Assembly (NCBI RefSeq): GCF_020745735.1
Contig: NC_083430.1
Span: forward strand, 35,020,909-35,084,908
Length of the DNA stretch: 64,000 nucleotides
Direction of reading: 5' to 3'
Source of the DNA: Hemiscyllium ocellatum
Lineage: Eukaryota
Part shown: positions 60,400 through 64,000 of the stretch, piece after piece
How positions within the stretch are numbered: the first letter of the stretch is position 1
Layout of the letters: each line of letters opens with the position of its first letter
Notes under the pieces: model-generated
What the model was told of the DNA's origin: nothing
Databases searched by the model: none
What the model saw: only the letters and a program-made list of their open reading frames with translations
Position numbers and translations under genes: made by a program

Positions 60400-60495
60400 T
60401 AGCGAGTTTTGAGAAGGTTTGCAGCTCAGGTTGAGGTTCTGGATGTAGACTGTAGACTGCTGAGCTGGAAGGTTCATTTTCAGACATTTGGTGAT
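60400..60495 (-). mobile_element. PLE family D 3' terminus
   Basis: gctgagctggaaggttcattttcagacatttggtga matches 51487-51525. Confidence 0.55.
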
Positions 60496-60679
60496 TTTCA
60501 CCTTGTCATTTCTTGACATCAATTTGTTCCTGTATTTGCTGCCTCAGCATTCCAAAGTTCACTGTTTTCTTTCTGTGTTCATATCTACTCCAAGACGTAT
60601 ATTGTTAGGGTTTTTCAACCTGTAGTTCTTCCTTTTAGCAAACATCTAAGGTACCAGTTAACCTGGTTAAAAATATTAC

Positions 60680-60858
60680 AAGACCAGGTTATAGCCCAAC
60701 AGAACTATTTGGAAGCACTAGCTTTTAGAGTGCTGCTCCTTCATCAGGTGGTCGTAGGAGCAGTGCTCCAAAAGCTAGTGCTCCCAAATAAACCTGAAGG
60801 ACTATAACCTGGTGTTGTGTGATTTTTAACTTTATCCAACACCGGCACCTCCAAATCA
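60680..60858. mobile_element. Miniature fold-back PLE (family B ends)
   Basis: accaggttatag...gcactagctttt..ctgctccttcatcaggtg | aggagcagtgctccaaaagctagtgc...ctataacctggt, followed by the tail caacaccggcacctccaaatca. Confidence 0.85.
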
Positions 60859-61912
60859 TTCATAACTTGCATTACCTACCACATCTTTTCAGTTTGGAAT
60901 AATCTATGTTCATAAAAGAAATGGTGCCCTGTGATGATAATGCCATAGGAATTGTCCATGGAGGTGGTAATATGCAGTGTAATCTTTGCATAACTGTTCA
61001 CAAAATGAATATCCATCAATTCCAGATATGATGAGAGAGCATTTGTCTTGAAACCCTAATCCTGATTTACTTCCTCTGCATTTGCTACTTGTTCAATGTT
61101 TCCAGCATTTTCTGTTTATATTTTGGATTTCCAGCAAGTGTGGTATTTTGAGTTTGTATTTAACTTCGTCTGTCCTGTTCTGTCTGTTATAATGTGATTG
61201 ATGTGTTGGTGGTATTTTGCTGAAAATCGAAATCATCAACTATGTCTTCCTTAGCTGCTCGATGGCCTATATCATTTCCAGTGTCTGACAGTCTGTCAAC
61301 TTTACTTTGCAAATGTTCTCTTTAGTCATGTAAAATCAAAGTTTTTGTCTGTATAATATTGGTATTACAAAATCTCCAAGACAAATACAAATTGCCTCAT
61401 GCAGGTTGTTCAACTAAATGTTACTCAAATAGGTACTTGGTATTGTTGGGATGTGTGTATGTCAGCCAATATACAGAATAGTTTAGCAATTCTCCCTTCC
61501 ATTGATATAGATCTATGGTTGTGGCACAGTTTAGACTGACAATGGCCTATAACGTAAATTACAATGGCAACTGCTGAATCCTATTCACACTTTGTGAACT
61601 CATCACAGCTCATGTACTAGCTTGTAATTAATATTTTTTATGATGCTTACCAGCAGGACAGCTTTATTCATCTTTACAAACACACTTATATACAAAAAAT
61701 TAGCCTTTGAATCTTAAAACACATATGTTGGTGGCATGCTTTTTGATTGCCATGAACCACATTCAATTCCCAACCTACTAGTGCCTTGATCAATGCATAA
61801 CATTAAGGGAAATTTAGTTACGAAAAATTAACAACTTCTTTACTGTTTGACAATCAATCAAGCAGTACCAAGCACCCACCACTGTTGCAAACAACAGCAA
61901 GAATCAAACAGA

Positions 61913-62498
61913 TTCTTTATAAAGCTCTGGTTAGGCCCCATTTGGAGTACTGTGTCCAGTTTTGGTCCCCACACCTCAGGAAGGACATACTGGCACGTGT
62001 CCAGTGGAGATTCACACGGATGATCCGTGGAATGGTAGGTCTAACATACGAGGAACGGCTGAGGATCCTTGGATTGTATTCATTGGAGTTTAGAAGATTA
62101 AGGGGAGACTTAGTAGAAACTTACAAGGTAATACATGGCTTGGAAAGGGTGGACGCTAGGAAATTTTTTCCGTTAGGTGAGGAGACTAGGACCCGTGGAC
62201 ACAGCCTTAAAATTAGAGGGGGTTAATTCAGAACAGAAATGCGGAGACATTTCTTCAGCTAGAGAGTGGTGGGCCTGTGGAATTCATTGCCGCAGAGTGC
62301 AGTGGAGGCCGGGATGCTAAATGTCTTCAAGGCAGAGATTGATAGATTCTTCATGTCTCGAGGAATTAAGGGCTACAGGGAGAATGCGGGTAAGTGGAGT
62401 TGAAATGCCCATCAGCCATGATTGAATGGCGGAGTGAACTCGATGGACCGAATGGCCTTACTTCCACTCCTATGTCTTTTGGTGTTATGGTCTTATAG
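61913..62498 (+). mobile_element. CR1 LINE 3' fragment (different subfamily)
   Basis: LYKALVRPHLEYCVQFWSP...LRGDLVETYK; ttatggtc-type tail. Confidence 0.92.
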
Positions 62499-63024
62499 AT
62501 CAGTGTCAGTTGAAATTCAGCATGCGTGAATAAAAGGTTAAATAGCAGGACTACCCAAAGTGGAGCGAGGGACATGAAGTGGGGTTGCAAATCGAAATGC
62601 TGGTGTCCCAAACTCAGGTGTATCAGTGGTCGCTATGGAGCAGTGAACAAAGTTACAAAATCCATGCCCCTATTCTAACACTCACAGATACCTCCCTCAG
62701 TTTCTCAGGTCTCCACCTCAACTACAGTTTTCCCAGCGTCTCCAATCTCAAAGATCGCTCTCTCTCTCCTGCCCCAGACCAAGCCACCCATCTCAAATGA
62801 TCTCACTGAAAACTCATGGCAATTTTCAAAGCTCAACATGGTGTCATGGAGGGAAAAAAAATTTGGGAAGCACTGTTTTGCAGATTAAGAGAAAAGTTCC
62901 GTGATGGTGGTAAATAGTTGAGTGTGATGTTCACAGGACCATATGCATTCCCAGGCCTAGTCATCAAACTTTCCAATTAATATTGGCAACATTCAAAGCA
63001 AAGATGTCTGAATTCTGCTGGAAT

Positions 63025-63198
63025 GCCCCTGTTTCCACCCACAATCCAAAGATGGGTAGGTTAGATAGATTAGTCATGGTAAATCCAGGGTTACTGGGTT
63101 AGAGTATGGGTTTTGGCTCTGGGTAGAATGGTCTTTGGAGGGTCAGTGTGGACTCAATGGACCAAATGGCCTGTTTCCACACTGTAAGGATTCTATGA
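63025..63198 (+). mobile_element. 5'-truncated V-SINE
   Basis: cccacaatccaaagatg...ggcctgtttccacactgtaaggattctatg. Confidence 0.7.
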
Positions 63199-63877
63199 AT
63201 GCGTAATACAAATAGGAAGATGTGATGCTACAATTCTCTGGTTGAATGCATCTTGTTTTGTTCACTGTGGTGCTGAAAGAAAGAATTCTAGCCTGGTTAA
63301 CCAGGCAGGGAATACATGGGATAGGGTAATATGCCACTTTTATATCTCACTAGATGTTGTCCTCTGATTTCAACTCCATTGAACCCAACCTATTAGTTTA
63401 TCTAAGAGGCAAGTTAGGTTAAAGTGATCCCCCAATGAGCAGATTGAAGTATGATTAAAGATAAGAAAATCAAATTCTTCCATCTTAAACAAAATTAGCA
63501 CACAATAGCTGTTATAAAAGTAAATAAGATACTAACACTGAGGAGAAAAGCAAAATCCAGAACATTACTTTGAGTGTTAATTGCAAGAATATATCAACGG
63601 AGTTCACTTGAGAAAAAGCGAATTTTGGATCAATGCTCATGAAAATTATGCACCTTCGGGAAAGAGCATAAAGCAAAACATAGAAATTCTAGAGATCAAT
63701 GATCACAATTAGTGACATCTTGTGTTATTTCAGGTGAGTGAGGCAGATAATAATTGAACAACCCTGCTAAAATATTACACATTTTTAAAATAGTGCTTTC
63801 TACCCTTATTTTTAGAACTCCTTTATAAATTCCACATCCATAGTAATAACAGAGACTGCCTGTGAACACATATCCTA

Positions 63878-64000
63878 GAGGAGAAAGTGAGGTCTGCAGG
63901 TGCTAGAGATCAGAGCGGAAAATGTGTTGCTGGAAAAACGCAGCAGGTCAGGCAGCATCCAAGGAACAGGAAATTCGACGTTTCGGGTATATGATTCCTG
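63878..64000 (-). mobile_element. PLE family A 3' end, probably another fold-back running off the window
   Basis: Reverse complement of 46852-46960; switches to plus-strand attcctg at 63994-64000. Confidence 0.8.

Overview
Eukaryotic, repeat-dense non-coding DNA. The repeat inventory (V-SINE/HE1-like SINEs, Deu-domain SINE, many CR1 LINEs, Rex1/Babar, Penelope-like elements) points to a cartilaginous fish, probably a shark; this is inference from family recognition. No host protein-coding gene can be called confidently, and only two weak exon candidates were seen. All long ORFs belong to retroelements. The dominant signal is a set of Penelope-like elements (PLEs; RT plus GIY-YIG endonuclease) from about four families (labelled A-D here), each carrying a minimal hammerhead-ribozyme (HHR) motif (CTGA[T/A]GA...stem II...GAAA..NUH) near its 3' end. 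At least seven insertions are fold-back (palindromic). Five have 14-15 bp target-site duplications (three exact) and one has an exact 9 bp TSD. In most, one arm lacks a ~33-40 nt 3' tail, and the turn point often lies in or at the edge of the HHR. The best example is a young 3.77 kb palindromic PLE (6948-10715, 1238 bp arms) nested in another palindromic PLE (5314-10995). The outer element contains two same-strand HHRs 254 nt apart, a retrozyme-like layout. Also present: a 444 bp inverted duplication, a stop-free 5'-truncated CR1 RT, a CR1 with a 5' inversion, a Rex1 inside a CR1, Harbinger transposase relics and two MITEs. Coordinates of degenerate repeats are approximate.
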